A DNA stretch of 64,000 bases from Fistulifera solaris (GCA_030295235.1 AP026125.1:1178001-1242000); one strand, 5' to 3'. Shown: positions 1-12,146, counted from the stretch's first letter. The notes: generated by a model not told the origin, from the sequence alone. Program-made: numbers and translations.

Positions 1-4
1 CCTT

Positions 5-193
5 GTGAACAGTCGTCTTGACGCGATCGAAGCTACGCTTGAGGCGCGCTTCACCCAGCTAGATGACTTGCTGGCCATTGTCCGTACGCTCCTCATCACT
101 CCTGATGGTCGCCGCACCGCCTGGAACAACCCAGCTCTCATTTGTGACGGCAGCCCCACCGGAAACTGCGCAACTGTTCCCAACTTTCCTTAA
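5..193 (+). CDS. 3' end of a gene truncated by the window edge (unknown product, coiled-coil-like stretch)
   Basis: Open frame from the window start to TAA at 191-193 with protein-like composition (SRLDAIEATLEARFTQLDDLLAIVRTLLITPDGRR); no family recognised. Confidence 0.4.
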   Translation: MNSRLDAIEATLEARFTQLDDLLAIVRTLLITPDGRRTAWNNPALICDGSPTGNCATVPNFP

Positions 194-724
194 CCGAAGA
201 GAAAAAGTTGACGATGAGCCCGGCCAAGAGTTACCTGCGACGGGATATACGTGTGTTCTTGCATTTCATTGGTTCGCTGGGTTTTCTTTGGATGATAGGG
301 ACGAGTGGCAGCCGGTCTCCCCTAATAACTAAAGTTTTCTTCCTTATAGATCCACTGAATGCTTTTTTCATTGGTCTCTTTTCATGCGAAGACCTTCAAG
401 CTAGCGCATGTTCTTCCGTACCTAATTCGTAGTATCTAAAGCAACTAGGTTGTTGTTCCTCGAACGCTTGTAGAATCCTTGCGTATTGGCCCCGACATCA
501 TTTAGCTCTGTTTTATATGGTTGTAGAGGAACCCCAATTTGTCGAGGCCATAGACAGCAGCAAGCCCAAACAATGGATGACCGGTGGTGAAAATGGCATG
601 GCAGTTCCATTTGAATTTTTTTCTACGTGGCCCAGCAAAAGAGTCGTTGTTCACTTTAAATGGTAGAAAGAGGAATATCCACCAAAACGAAACCATTTAG
701 AGCGCGCTTGGCAATCGCGAAAAC

Positions 725-1739
725 TTACACCTTATCAATCATGACACTCGGACAACCGTTTCTGCCATGTTCACAAAGTGTCCTTGATAAACGCAAACGC
801 TGCTGCAGCTCTTTCGGCAGGATTTTTGGCACGTAACCCGGTGACAGCTTGAGCATATCAATTATTTCCTGATAAGACGGTTGACCATAATCAAGCAAAC
901 GTCCCCCATCGCGCTTATTATTCCACGGCTGCTCGTTCCCTTCCTCCGGCGGTGTTTTTGCAAACGGCTTTTCACCTAACATCTTCCAGTCGACGTCCCC
1001 ATTAACAAGTTCTTCCCGTAAATAGACTCTCCAGGGCCAATTGTAATTGTGCAAAATGCGTACCGATTCTCCTTCACAGATCAGATTGGTTAGCGAAAAG
1101 TAGGCTGATAAAATTCCGCATACCGTGCACTCGATTCATCAATTCCAAAGAATCCACCGAAATCCGACCGCCGACGCCATTGCGGATTCACCAACACCAA
1201 GTTGCGTTTCGGGCCTACTTGTTCATCCAACGATCGAATGGCTTTGACGCATTCGGCCGTGGGCAATAGCACAAAGACACAATCGTTCGCCGCCGATTCC
1301 GCTTGTCCCATCCACGCGTAAACACCGTCACTGGCATCCAAACACACTTTTGAATCGCCGTCGAATCCACAACACCGAGACCGATCATAATCTGTTCTAC
1401 CATTGGGGCAGCCGCTTCCATCATTTGACGGGCGCCACCGGGCCAGTCATCGAGATCCGTTGCACCGATGACGGGCAACAAAAGTCGTATGGCATGCCGA
1501 ACGGTGCCGTCGGCGGAAGCGAGTTGAATGCTTTGTACGCATTGTCGGACTTGATCGTCGACGGAAGTGGGTAAACGTGCCGTTACCAAAGAAGAGAGTT
1601 CAGGGTCATTCTTGTCATTGCCGTTGTTGCGAGATGATTCCCGAGTGACAATCATCTGACGACGGTGAAACAACCGCATCTCCAGTTGAAAGCTCAGTGC
1701 TACTGTCACTAAACCTGATAGTAACAAGAGCGGCTTCAT
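725..1739 (-). CDS. Plastid-targeted DUF1995-family protein (two apparent frameshifts, ~1350 and ~1090)
   Basis: Signal peptide MKPLLLLSGLVTVALS|F followed by a transit-like region; motifs LPVIGATDLDDWPGG, VLVNPQW, FGGFFG and WPWRVY spread over three consecutive ORFs (1215-1739, 1090-1347, 725-1054). Confidence 0.65.
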
Positions 1740-2149
1740 TTAACTTTGGTGTCACTGAGAAGAACTCCGTTAAGATGTGTTTATGTGGTAATAATATAAA
1801 AATGAAACATCGTCTCAATTCTCAATCAAGGTCGTCAATAACGCAGGCTCAACGAAAACTTTGTAAAACTGCTAACCCGGAGTTTCATGACTACACTTCG
1901 GGAGATAGTAAACTCATGATTCACGCAACCATATCAGAACTTTGGGATAAAAGCAAGCATATACAAAATGAAAGCATTGTCGGCTGCATTTGCACCTGTT
2001 GAAATGTAATGGCTGATAGATTACCTGGTGCTTTTCGCAAAACCATTTATTCATGGCTAAACATTCACTCGAAGGCTGATCATTCAGGCTTTACTATGAT
2101 CCGAAGTGTATACGACCTTTTCCATGACCGCGGTTTTCAGTCTTGAGAC

Positions 2150-2505
2150 GTTTTCCAGAATTTCTGGAACGCGCAAAAACTCTCTGTCACCCCGAAACAC
2201 CGATATCCAGAATGTCTGAACATCCACAGACTTTCGTAAGAACCAAGATACCGACTGCATTATTTCTAGAACATCCACAGATTTTCTGTAGGGCACGAAA
2301 AACGCCGATTCCAGAATTTCTGGAATGTCTGTATCATAGACAGAATTTATGTATGCTTGCCAACACCTCTTCCAGAATTTTTGGAACCTTCACAGAATTT
2401 CTGTATCATCGCAATAAGGTTACCGCTTATTCCAAAACTACTGGACAGTCCACAGAAATTCTGTATGAAAGCAAACACCTATTCCAGAATTTCTGGAACG
2501 AACAT
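2150..2505 (-). repeat. Degenerate minisatellite of ~7 units of ~52-60 bp; inverted relative of the 58.2-60.4 kb satellite
   Basis: TTCCAGAATTTCTGGAA-like dyads recur at ~2153, 2205, 2262, 2309, 2370, 2429 and 2482. The 2441-2496 segment aligns with the reverse complement of 58229-58285 (ctggac..ccacagaa.ttctgta.ga..gcaaacacc...tccagaatttctg). Confidence 0.75.
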
Positions 2506-2634
2506 AGAAAACGCTCACGGCGACGTTTTCTCGGTCACCTTATTTGCTGCAAAGTGCAGCTTTTTCCAAATAATGAAACGACATAGCGGCCAAAGTAGTA
2601 CTTTGTTAAAATTTTACATTGGTGATATAACACA

Positions 2635-3972
2635 ATGATACCCGCAGCAGAGAGTCCGCGTGTACAAAGAGCGCTGCTGCTCTTGTTGATTACTCAATTT
2701 TGGACCGGATATTGCTTGTCAACCATCTCGTTTGAATCTTTACAAGGGAAAAACATTCTCGTCATTGGCGGATCGGGACGTGTCGGCGGCAGCGTTGTCA
2801 CACAACTGGTCCAACGTGGCAGCAAAGTATCCGTAGGAGGCACAAGTAGGGATCATTTCTCGCAAGCACAAGCTCGATGGACACGGATCTTCCCTCAATT
2901 TGATTTTCAAAATATTGCATTTCACAAAGTCGATAGAGAAGTGGCGGAATCTATCACTCCCATCATTCAAGACTACGATCTCGTCATCCATACCGCAGGA
3001 CCGTTTCAAGGCAAAGTGAAAACACCCAATGGCGTCTTGGAAGCATGTGTCCGTGCTTCAGTGCCCTACTTGGACGTTTGCGATGATTACTGCACGGCTT
3101 CCGCGGCCAAAGCCAAATACGCAAGTCAAGCCAAAGTTCCTTGCATTGTGTCGACTGGCACGTGGCCGGGCGTTTCTTCCCTTCTGGCCAAGCAGCTGGT
3201 TCATAAAGCGCTTGCCAAAGATCCCTCTCTCCAACCGGCTGATTTGAAAGTTGACTTTGGCTTCTTTACAGCTGGCTCCGGCGGGGCTGGGGTCACACTT
3301 TTAGTAGCTACCTTTCTTATTTTGGCGGAAAAGGCATTGACTATCGTGGACGGTAGAAGAATCCCTGTTCCACCTCTCAAAGACTTTGAATATGTGAATT
3401 TTGGAGACATCGTTGGTGACCGAGCCATTGCGCCTCTCAACTTGCTTGAAACTGCATCCGTTCATGATTACTTGGGTGTGGGGAGCACATCGGCTAAGTT
3501 CGGTACAGCCCCTTCTTATTGGAATACACTGCTTGGATTGTTTGGGTCGATGGTGCCGAAAGAAGTACTGGAGAATGAACCTTTCATGCGTAAACTATCC
3601 GTGTTCAGCATGCCGATTGTTCGAATCGTGGACTTTTTCGCCGGAGCGACAAACGCCATTCGCGTCGATTTGAGTGCCAAAGGCCTGGGCAAACTGGCGA
3701 CTGCTATATATGCCCATGAGAACTTAGAACCGTGCGTGGGTGAAAGCATTATAGCTTTCGCTGCCGCGGCCTTGACGGAATCCGCCGTCCCGCCCGGTGT
3801 ATGGTTTACCGAGGAAGCCATAGCAGCCGGTGACGACTGCGCAGCTGTATTGCATTTGGCGAGTGTTGGAGCGCATACGTGTGTCGTGGAAGGTCTCGAT
3901 CTGAGTAAGGACGAGATTTTTGGAAGTTCCATTAAGCAGCGACCAAAAACGACCAAGTCAGGAAAAAGATAA
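2635..3972 (+). CDS. Saccharopine dehydrogenase-like NAD(P)-binding oxidoreductase
   Basis: 445-aa intact ORF with Rossmann motif ILVIGGSGRVG, plus HTAGPF, PYLDVCDD, TGTWPGVS, AGSGGAG and PPGVWFTEEA, typical of the plant/algal saccharopine-dehydrogenase-like family. Confidence 0.8.
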   Translation: MIPAAESPRVQRALLLLLITQFWTGYCLSTISFESLQGKNILVIGGSGRVGGSVVTQLVQRGSKVSVGGTSRDHFSQAQARWTRIFPQFDFQNIAFHKVDREVAESITPIIQDYDLVIHTAGPFQGKVKTPNGVLEACVRASVPYLDVCDDYCTASAAKAKYASQAKVPCIVSTGTWPGVSSLLAKQLVHKALAKDPSLQPADLKVDFGFFTAGSGGAGVTLLVATFLILAEKALTIVDGRRIPVPPLKDFEYVNFGDIVGDRAIAPLNLLETASVHDYLGVGSTSAKFGTAPSYWNTLLGLFGSMVPKEVLENEPFMRKLSVFSMPIVRIVDFFAGATNAIRVDLSAKGLGKLATAIYAHENLEPCVGESIIAFAAAALTESAVPPGVWFTEEAIAAGDDCAAVLHLASVGAHTCVVEGLDLSKDEIFGSSIKQRPKTTKSGKR

Positions 3973-3985
3973 AAGGAAATAAACT

Positions 3986-6408
3986 CTATTGTACTTTGGA
4001 TTTCAAGCTTTTCACGAGGGCGCTTAGAGTTGCTGCCCCACCGGAAGGTTTCGATGCTGCGATCGCATCATCTGCGCTAACATCCTTTTGGACTGAGCTT
4101 TTCTCGCCTTTTCTCTGTCTCTTTGCCTGACGCCGTCGGGTTTGTTCTGCAAGAATTTCGCGCATCGCCGGTGTTTCTTTGAAGTTTGGATCGGTTCTGT
4201 CAATTCCGAAGCGTCCGTCCTGCCCATCCAACACTGCTTTGAACCGTTCGTCTTCAACGTCAACCTTGAAGTCAGTTCCCACCGTATTCTTCGCCCGTAA
4301 CTCTTCCTTACGCTTTCGAGAGCCTGTAAGCTTTTTGCCTTTATTCCTTTCTAGTCGTTCCAGATCTTTCATATTGTAATCCTTGTGCTCATCATCATCG
4401 CCATCACCCGCAACCAAAAGCTCCAATTCAGCTTTGGATAGTGTAGGACGCTGTTCGTCAACCTTATCATCCGATTCAAAGAAGCTATCACCGCCTCGAC
4501 TCGCGGATGTATTGACGGCACGATGACTCTCTTTCAATTCAGCCTTTTTCTCACGTGCAGCTTGACGTCTTTCCCTTTGCTTCTGTTTTCGTTTTTCTTT
4601 GTACTTCTCCCATGGAGTCAACTCTTTTTGGGAGTTTCCAATTTCGATCTGATCTTTTGCTCCAAATCCTGTTTGCCAGGTACAAAAGTAAACTCCTTTT
4701 CTTCCTCCTCTTCGCCCTCTGACTCACTGTCATCAGTCGGTACTGGGGAGTCCTGCTCGAGCGCCTCGTCGTCACCAGACGAGTTGTCTGCACTCACATT
4801 GTCATCGTCGCTATCAAGCCCAAGCATTTTCCTCAAATTATCACGTTTTGCATCTGCATTTCCGTCTTCGTCTTCGTCACTGGATGCGTCTGATGCCAAA
4901 TAGGCTTTGATGTCATCGCTCTCAGCCATTGCTTCCCATGCCATCCCAGAAGAGTATTTTGTCAATACCCGTTCGCGCTCTTGGTCCCCCGCCTCCCATG
5001 AACACTGAACATTAGTTTGTTGGAGAGCATTTACAATGAATTCAGGTGGAACGTAATTGCTCGGTAGGTTTGTCGCCTCATCTCTCACTGGCCGATCCTT
5101 TACCACATCAGGCAAGCTATCCATTGGAATTGCTCTCATGTCAACCGCAGCGCTCGAATGTTCGAACTCCATTCCATCTATTTCTTTATCTACATCAATG
5201 TAATAAAGTGAGAAATATGAAAGAATAAGCGAACGCCAAAGACAAATTTAACCAAGCGACTTACATGCTTTGTCCGCATGTTCAGGCGTTGAGAATTCGA
5301 CCACAGCAAAGTAGTATTTGAGCTTAGAAGCTTCATAAGCTCTTAGTTTCTCGGGATCGAACTCAGATTGAACAATTTCTTTCTTTGGTCTCGCGTCCCC
5401 TATATCACCATCAACTGGGTCATCGTCCCCGTCTTGCTCCGAAGAATCGATCGAATTAGAATCACTCTCGCTGTCCTCAGAACCGTCAGAGTCGCTCTCG
5501 TTATGATCGGAATGCTCGGAGGTGTCGTCATGATCGGAATGCTCGAAAGTATCGTGCTCGTTTGTTTCATCTTCAGAGTTGGTACCCGTTATGCGTTGAT
5601 CTTGCTCTGAATTCTTAGCCGATGGTGCAGGCACAACTACTTTCTTCTTTTTCCACAAATCACGAGGACCGAATTGATCTTCTTCCGATATGCGCTGCAT
5701 TCCAAAATCACTGGGATAAACGCGCACTCGCTTCACAGCACCCGTCGGAGTAAAGCTGCTGACAATTGCAAAAACATCAATGGCACGCACGTGTGTCCAA
5801 TCCAGATTCATTACAGCCAAGACCGATGATTCTTCATAAGTGATTTCCACTTCTTCCTGATTTTCTGGATCTAAAATACCCGCCGAGCCGTATAGTCGGT
5901 CCTCACTTGCATCTCCAGACACGTCAGAATCAGAATCACTGTCGTCATCTTCTTCATCCTCCGCGTCGTCGTCTGACGAGGAGACATCGATTTGACCTCG
6001 CGAAAGAGCTGTCAAGAAAGCAATGCGAGAAGCAGGATCCTCAAGCTTCTTGGCGGAGTCTCCTTCTCTCGAGGAACTGGACGTAGAAATGCTTGTCGAG
6101 TCATCATCGTCTTCATCTTTCGACTTTTGTTGTTCACGTTTTGCCGACTCCTCTTTCCCCTCGTCGTTGTCTTGTACAACGTAGAATGCACTAAGCTCAT
6201 CTTTTGTTGATTTCTTCTCCTTTCGACCATATTTGTCTTTCAGTTGCAATTTAAACCGAGGGTCTGTTAACACTGATGCAAAGCGTTCATCTAAAACAAC
6301 TTTGGAAGCCTTTTCCTTGTGCTGACGAAATTGAGGTTTCGACGCGTCGAAACGATCTTCCGTCTGGTTATCCTTTTTCTCCGCTATTTTTTTGTTGCGT
6401 TTCCCCAT
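3986..6408 (-). CDS. ESF1: Pre-rRNA processing protein ESF1 (one intron ~5190-5262, frameshift ~4620)
   Basis: LAVMNLDWTHVRAID, VRVYPSDFG, LRAYEASKLKYYFAVVEF, DGMEFEHSS and TPWEKYKEKRK motifs; C-terminal NUC153-like DVEDERFKAVLD..FGIDRTDPNFKET. Confidence 0.9.
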
Positions 6409-6797
6409 CTTTGAAAATTTCCGAGCAGTACTTTTATGAGATTTTCAATGCTATATATGCTTGCAATTAATTCTGAAAGATGAGTCATCTAATCATCATC
6501 GCAAAGAAAAAGGGGAAAAAGTGAAGTTTCTTATCCAAAAGGCGGATCATCGGGAAAATTTGGTTGGTCTCCCCACTACACCGATGACGCGGACAGACGT
6601 ACTTTAATTGAATCTTGTTAAAGGTTGAGTCGCGTGGGCATATACTTGATGCGCTCAAGGTAAAGAGGGAATGCCGGGCAATAGAAATGATCTCTTCGAC
6701 AACCTTTTATCTATAACTTCTTAGAAGCCTTTGTGTCGAATTTCATACTATTTAGAACTATTTAAACTTTATTGCTAAAGCATGAAACCGTAACACT

Positions 6798-7708
6798 CTA
6801 TAGATCAGTCCACATCTCGGTTGGCGCAGTGTTCGACTTCACTAATGTCAAGCCAGCACTGGAAGCCTTGGGTATTCCAAAGACTTCTTGAAGTATCTCG
6901 TGCGCTTCCTCCTCGGAACTCAAATGACGGATATCAATGGTGGGCTCACCGAATTCAGCAAACCGTGGGGGACCAGTGACCTTAAATCTGCTTCCAGCCA
7001 AAGTATATTTCCTATCCCTCGTCAGCTTGGTCACAACTAACTTCTTCGAAAAGATACTCTCGGGGTGTAAGACACTCTGCAATCCGGCTTGAAAGTCTGA
7101 CAGCGATGGCGACGGACTCAAATGCGATGCCGAATAATTCCATCGCAGTCTTGGAATCATGCGACCCTCCTTTTCCCAATAGAGATAGACAAAGTCCCCG
7201 TCCCGAACTATTTGACTTTTCATGCCTTCGGGCGTAACCTGCATTTTGCAAAGAATTCGTCATCGTATCTCAGCGGATGAAGGGAGGGCTCGCCAAAGCC
7301 AACATCGACAAAGAAAAGGGACTTTTTTGAAGTCCCTTCTTCAGTCACCTCAATACATTGTACCACCAAGATAAGGTGAGAAGCTTCTTCTGATTTGGGA
7401 GTACCATCCTCGAATAACACAGTTCCTGGAACCCGTGTTACTTTGTAACCAATCTCCTCCAACCAATAGCTCAGCAAGCCATTCAGCTCAAAGCAGAACC
7501 CGCCTCGCTTGTGCTCCATCAACTTCGTAACAGTAGCCTCCACGTCGAGACAAGGAAGTTGTGGGCCGACACCGTGCTGAGAAGTGTTCTCGAATGGTAT
7601 GTTGGCCAAATGCGCTTCTTGCACACGGCAAAGATTCTCGTACGTCGGAACGGACAAGTCTAGCGATTGCAGGCCGAGACGAGTAACGTAAAACGGTGTT
7701 AACTTCAT
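6798..7708 (-). CDS. Arylamine N-acetyltransferase family protein (frameshift ~7245)
   Basis: HLANIPFEN, RGGFCFELNGL (catalytic Cys), HLILVV (His) and FVDVGFG (Asp) triad motifs. Confidence 0.88.
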
Positions 7709-8140
7709 AGTACTGCAACCTGCACAACTGCTAGAACGGAAAGCTGAAGTATTTTGTGATTTTGTGAGCTTGATGATTCTTTATCTGTTTCTTTGCATCC
7801 GTCAAGAAAGGAAACGCTCCGCGAACTGTCAGGAAAATCGGAACGAGAGTTTTTGTGCAGGGGAAGTTCGCGGACATTCCGAAAGGTTCTTGATGAAGTA
7901 TAATAACCCCAAAAGCACAAACGGGATAGTGGTTCATTGCTAGGACCTGCAAAATTCAATGTTAATTAGCCGAACGTGTTCTAGTTCTAGAGCTCAAGCA
8001 ATTGATTGGTAATACGAGTAGTTAGATAATACGGAGCATCATTTCTTATTAATTATGAGTTTTTGTCTATGAGCTATGTTCGCAAGCAAGGATGCCGGGA
8101 TAATAAATCCCAGACAGACGAATATCATGAATAGTTTGGT

Positions 8141-9892
8141 CTAGAGTGGCTTTCCCTCAACATTGGCATATCGATCGTGAAGCCTTGCTTCGATGGTCCT
8201 TAGCAGAACATGATTCATGAGAAGCGGCGGCTCTTCCGAGCTGATTTGTATACTGTCAAGAAGAGGATTCAATGATTGAGGTATAGAATCTTGTTGGACA
8301 GATGCCTGGGAATCGTCAACTGTAACACGAAGTATATCAAGGATGTCCTGCCAGTTCAGGAGCTCACTCGAGTCGAGTGCTCCATTGCTTTCTCTTTTCT
8401 GTCGTACGGACATTGCAACTCTCTGAAACAATGTGTCAATCTGAGAACGCGATTCAGTGCGAAGAATGCTGTTAATCATTTCTCTTTCTTTGGCTTCGAT
8501 AAGCCTCCAAGCACATCCGCAAGTTGTACGTATTCCAAAGAAATGAGCTTCCAGAGAAGTAGTCTCCTTGAAAACAAGCTTGCAACAAGAACACTTGAGT
8601 GGATCGTCGCCATTAGCCATTTTTATTCCCAAACGGCTGCATCTGTATCGTGTCAAAGTTGCAGAGCGAGTAATGTTTTCTGTCCGAAAGTTGCGCTGAA
8701 AAGAAGAAGGAAGAAAAGTCGAAGCAGCTGCATGTACTGCCCGCTCCCATGCACGACTTAGCAGCAGCTGAGGGACGTCGTCAGATAATACGTCGACCGT
8801 GCCACTCAATTCTAACGATGACCACTTCTGAAGTTCGTCCTTTTGCTTCTTTGTTCCCGGAATAAGCGCCGAAAGACGAAGTGATTCAAAAGCTAGCGGA
8901 TGTATGCCGTCTCCATGCTCCTGGTCCCATAAAGTATCATCTGGCAAAAACCTTTCTTCGACTTAGATGCCTTTCCGGGTAGTCTGGGCCAAGGTTCATT
9001 CTCAAATCCGTACCGCGTAGTGTATAAGCGACAGTCTTCTCTATGAAGATGTAGACCATCTGCTTTCGCAGTTCGCGTAGTATCTCCTCGTGTCACTTTT
9101 GCTCTATTCCTTTCTGTACTAAGATAATCTTGAATGCGCTGATTTTTGCATTTAAAATCCCAACCGGTACGAATGACGTGTTCCAAACCAGCTAGTTGAT
9201 CAGGTTTTAGGTGAACGGGATGAAAACACACCAGTTCGTCTTTCTCATTAACCTTTTGGATTTGCGCTTTCGTGCCGAGACGGCGGTCTTTTTGGGTTTC
9301 GGCTGTCGGACCGCATCCGCTTTCGCTTTAGGCTTTTTCGCCGAAACAGGGGTCTTTTCTTTAGGTTTAGGTTGTCGCGCCGATTTGGTGGTCTTCTTGG
9401 GCGTTGGGGCACGCGCAGCTGCAGCTGCCTTTTTGCCTTTCGTTCCTTCCCAAATGGGACCTTGAACGGTACCAAATCTCTCGCAGCTATCGACAATCCT
9501 GGGAGATTGAGAATACTCGGTTGTGTATCAGCAGCGCCAGTATTAGTTTGTGCATTAGCATCCTGGGTCGCAGGTTCTGCATTACCATCGTCTGCATCTG
9601 CTGTTCCTTTCTTTTGTTTTTTCTTCGCAGGGACCTTTAGGGGGTTAAAAACTGAAGGAGTTACCGACAACCCAGGGACATTGGGAGTTGTGGGCTGTGC
9701 ATTCGCAGCATTGTTTTGAATTGGATAGCCAAGAGGCATAAAAAATGGGAAAGGAAAGAAAAACTGCGGCATCATAGCATTCGACGTAACAGGTGCTTTA
9801 GCGCTTTCCTCCACTTGACCATGGTCCGACGTGTCGTTTCGTTGATGCTCATTACTGGACTTATCTATTGTTTTCTTTGAAGCGGATTCCAT
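8141..9892 (-). CDS. Hypothetical nuclear protein with Lys/Pro-rich region and a C2H2-like Cys motif (frameshifted)
   Basis: Three abutting minus-strand ORFs with protein-like composition; CSCCKLVFKETTSLEAH in the C-terminal part. Confidence 0.5.
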
Positions 9893-9995
9893 TTCGACAG
9901 ACAACCGTTTCTCTTCATGGTCGAAAAAAAAATGATGGATGCAATAAGCGACGATCGACGATGAGAGAAATTTTCGCGAAGACGAAGGCCCCAGC

Positions 9996-10090
9996 GAGAC
10001 GGACCGACAGACGACAGACGACAGACAGACGGCAGACATACGACATTCTTTCGGACAAGCAGATAGACGAAAGACGAAAGACGAACCAGC
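9996..10090. repeat. Low-complexity GACA/GAC tandem tract
   Basis: gaccgacagacgacagacgacagacagacggcagac...agatagacgaaagacgaaagacgaacc. Confidence 0.6.
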
Positions 10091-10433
10091 AGGAAAGTAC
10101 TGTATGAGCCATACCAGGTGAACGAATCGGCTCGGATTAGGCACTTTTACTCTTTAAATCGCAGTAATAAATGACTTCATTCGAGGTTCCTCTTCAATTT
10201 AGACCAGAGTGTCAGCAAGCCAGTCCTCGAAAAGAATGTTCTTGGGTGCGACCAAAAACTCCTCCATAAACAACAACAAAACAACAACATCTATCATCCC
10301 CCTCCTTTTGCCTTTCTTATCGCCTTCAATCAATCAATCAAACTCTTGTTTAGCGCCTAAATAATACACCAGGTGCAACATCTCACAAGTGCAGATTCTT
10401 GCTATAAGTCACCGGCACACTTTGCGCGAAATC

Positions 10434-11075
10434 ATGAACGCGGAAACGCAGTCCAACACAAAAGATGCGGGCTTGTCGTCTTCCTTCAGAAATTTGAGGC
10501 GGTTACCCAAGCGAAGTGGCAGCGGTTTTAGCGCATTTAGCTTGCTCAGTCGGAATAGTGGGGATACAGATCGCGTCAGGGACACTCCGACAAGGAGGTT
10601 TGTTCCTCGACGACAATCAAAAGACACCCTTTCCAGCTCCTTTAATGCCGAAAAGATGCAACGCCGGGCTGAGCGAAAGAAGCTCCAACAAGCAATTGAC
10701 AAGTTACACAGCGAAGCAGACAGGGAACTTTCTCAGGACGAAGTTATAAAACTAATGAGTAAGGAATTGGCACGCTCGTCTCTCTCAAAACAAACGGCAT
10801 CTTGCACCGATGATTCTGCACAAGGAGACGACGCTCAGTCTGCGTGCGCGGGTCCGTCTTACATGGAAAGATGGCTTCCTCGAGTGACTAGTCCCACAAC
10901 AGTGGAGAATCAGAGCACCAGAAGCGGCTCCATTGGCGTTAGCACTTTGGGCCTGTTCTCCAGCGCTGGTGTTGATGATGATGATGGCGATGTTAGTGCT
11001 GAATCCGATGATCAATCTGTTTTTAAGCCCCCAGAGTACATCGAGTTCGTCACTCCCCAGCTGATCGAGTTATGA
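10434..11075 (+). CDS. Hypothetical Ser/Arg-rich protein
   Basis: Single ORF of more than 200 codons from ATG 10434, flanked by a CAA-rich leader and an AT-rich trailer. Confidence 0.55.
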   Translation: MNAETQSNTKDAGLSSSFRNLRRLPKRSGSGFSAFSLLSRNSGDTDRVRDTPTRRFVPRRQSKDTLSSSFNAEKMQRRAERKKLQQAIDKLHSEADRELSQDEVIKLMSKELARSSLSKQTASCTDDSAQGDDAQSACAGPSYMERWLPRVTSPTTVENQSTRSGSIGVSTLGLFSSAGVDDDDGDVSAESDDQSVFKPPEYIEFVTPQLIEL

Positions 11076-12146
11076 TAGCACATTCGCCAGGATCCTGTAA
11101 TTTAGCTTTTTGTTATACTTTGTGCCTCAACCGTACTAGGTAGAATCATCTAGCCTCTGCTGTAAGAATGACGTTTGAATATCTAAGAATTCGGTAGCAT
11201 ACCATTCAAAATTTAATTGCAGCCCTATTTTCGATTTCTTACCTGCGACGTCAAACATCATCCCACACCCCGATCGTTCGCCGCGACTACATCTATTTAT
11301 AGCAAGGAAAGATATTGCTAAAGTACCATGTCCGCGAAATTTCTCTAGCTTTCAATCTACTAAGCATTCTGATGTTATGGTCCTCCGTAGAACAATCTTG
11401 AGCAACTCAAAGATATTAGTATCGAGATATAGTGTCTTCTTGTCAATCAATTCTGGCTACATCGTAAGACAAGCTATTTTATCCGATACATTTACTATTG
11501 ACTGACAACTACCATGACAATACATATTCCGCCAATTTATTTTCTCCGTCTACATGAACCCCGAGGCAGCACTGATGTCATCAACCCAAAAAGTGAATGC
11601 TAACCGCCACGACTGGATTCAGTCATGAGTCATGTTCATTTGAAGCGTTCACTACGTCGCGTCGAAAACGTCGCATCAGCGCAAAAACAATTCTTTACCA
11701 GCATAACTTCAAGAAGGCTTGCTATAGAACCTTATAATTTGAAGCAAAAACATTCGCAAATCGATTAATGATGTTGAAAAGCCTTCTCAACAATTCTTCG
11801 GAATTTTACTAATGTTATTCGTTTCTTGCCACGATTGGAGTTCGTTTCTTGCCACGATTGGATTGCAGTCATGAATGATGAGTGACGACGACTGACGCTG
11901 TCTTTCGTACTTTGCCACGTCATTGTTGCGTCATAGCTATTTTTTTAACTCGGGAAGTTGAGGACAGAAACAAACGGGCACGCAAGGTTTGAGCCGCAGC
12001 GCGCGTACTAATCCGCCTTAGACTGCGACCGCCTGTCGTCCAAGAAGTCCAAATCCAAACTCGTGTGTTGCTGCCATCCCCATCAACTCTTCGCTTTTTC
12101 TCTCAGTAAATCATTGACCTTGTTTGTTAGCATACCGACTCATACA

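Noticed and set aside
208..700. Short minus-strand ORFs between the first two genes
   Set aside because: Fragmentary, with no recognisable motif; I cannot support a gene or pseudogene call.
2150..2505. CRISPR-like look: palindromic ~17-bp repeat with ~35-40-nt spacers
   Set aside because: The spacers are homologous to each other and to the satellite linkers, the context is eukaryotic, and there are no cas genes.
5500..5550. Short direct repeat ATGATCGGAATGCTCG
   Set aside because: A coding micro-duplication in the acidic low-complexity linker of ESF1 (EHSDH twice).
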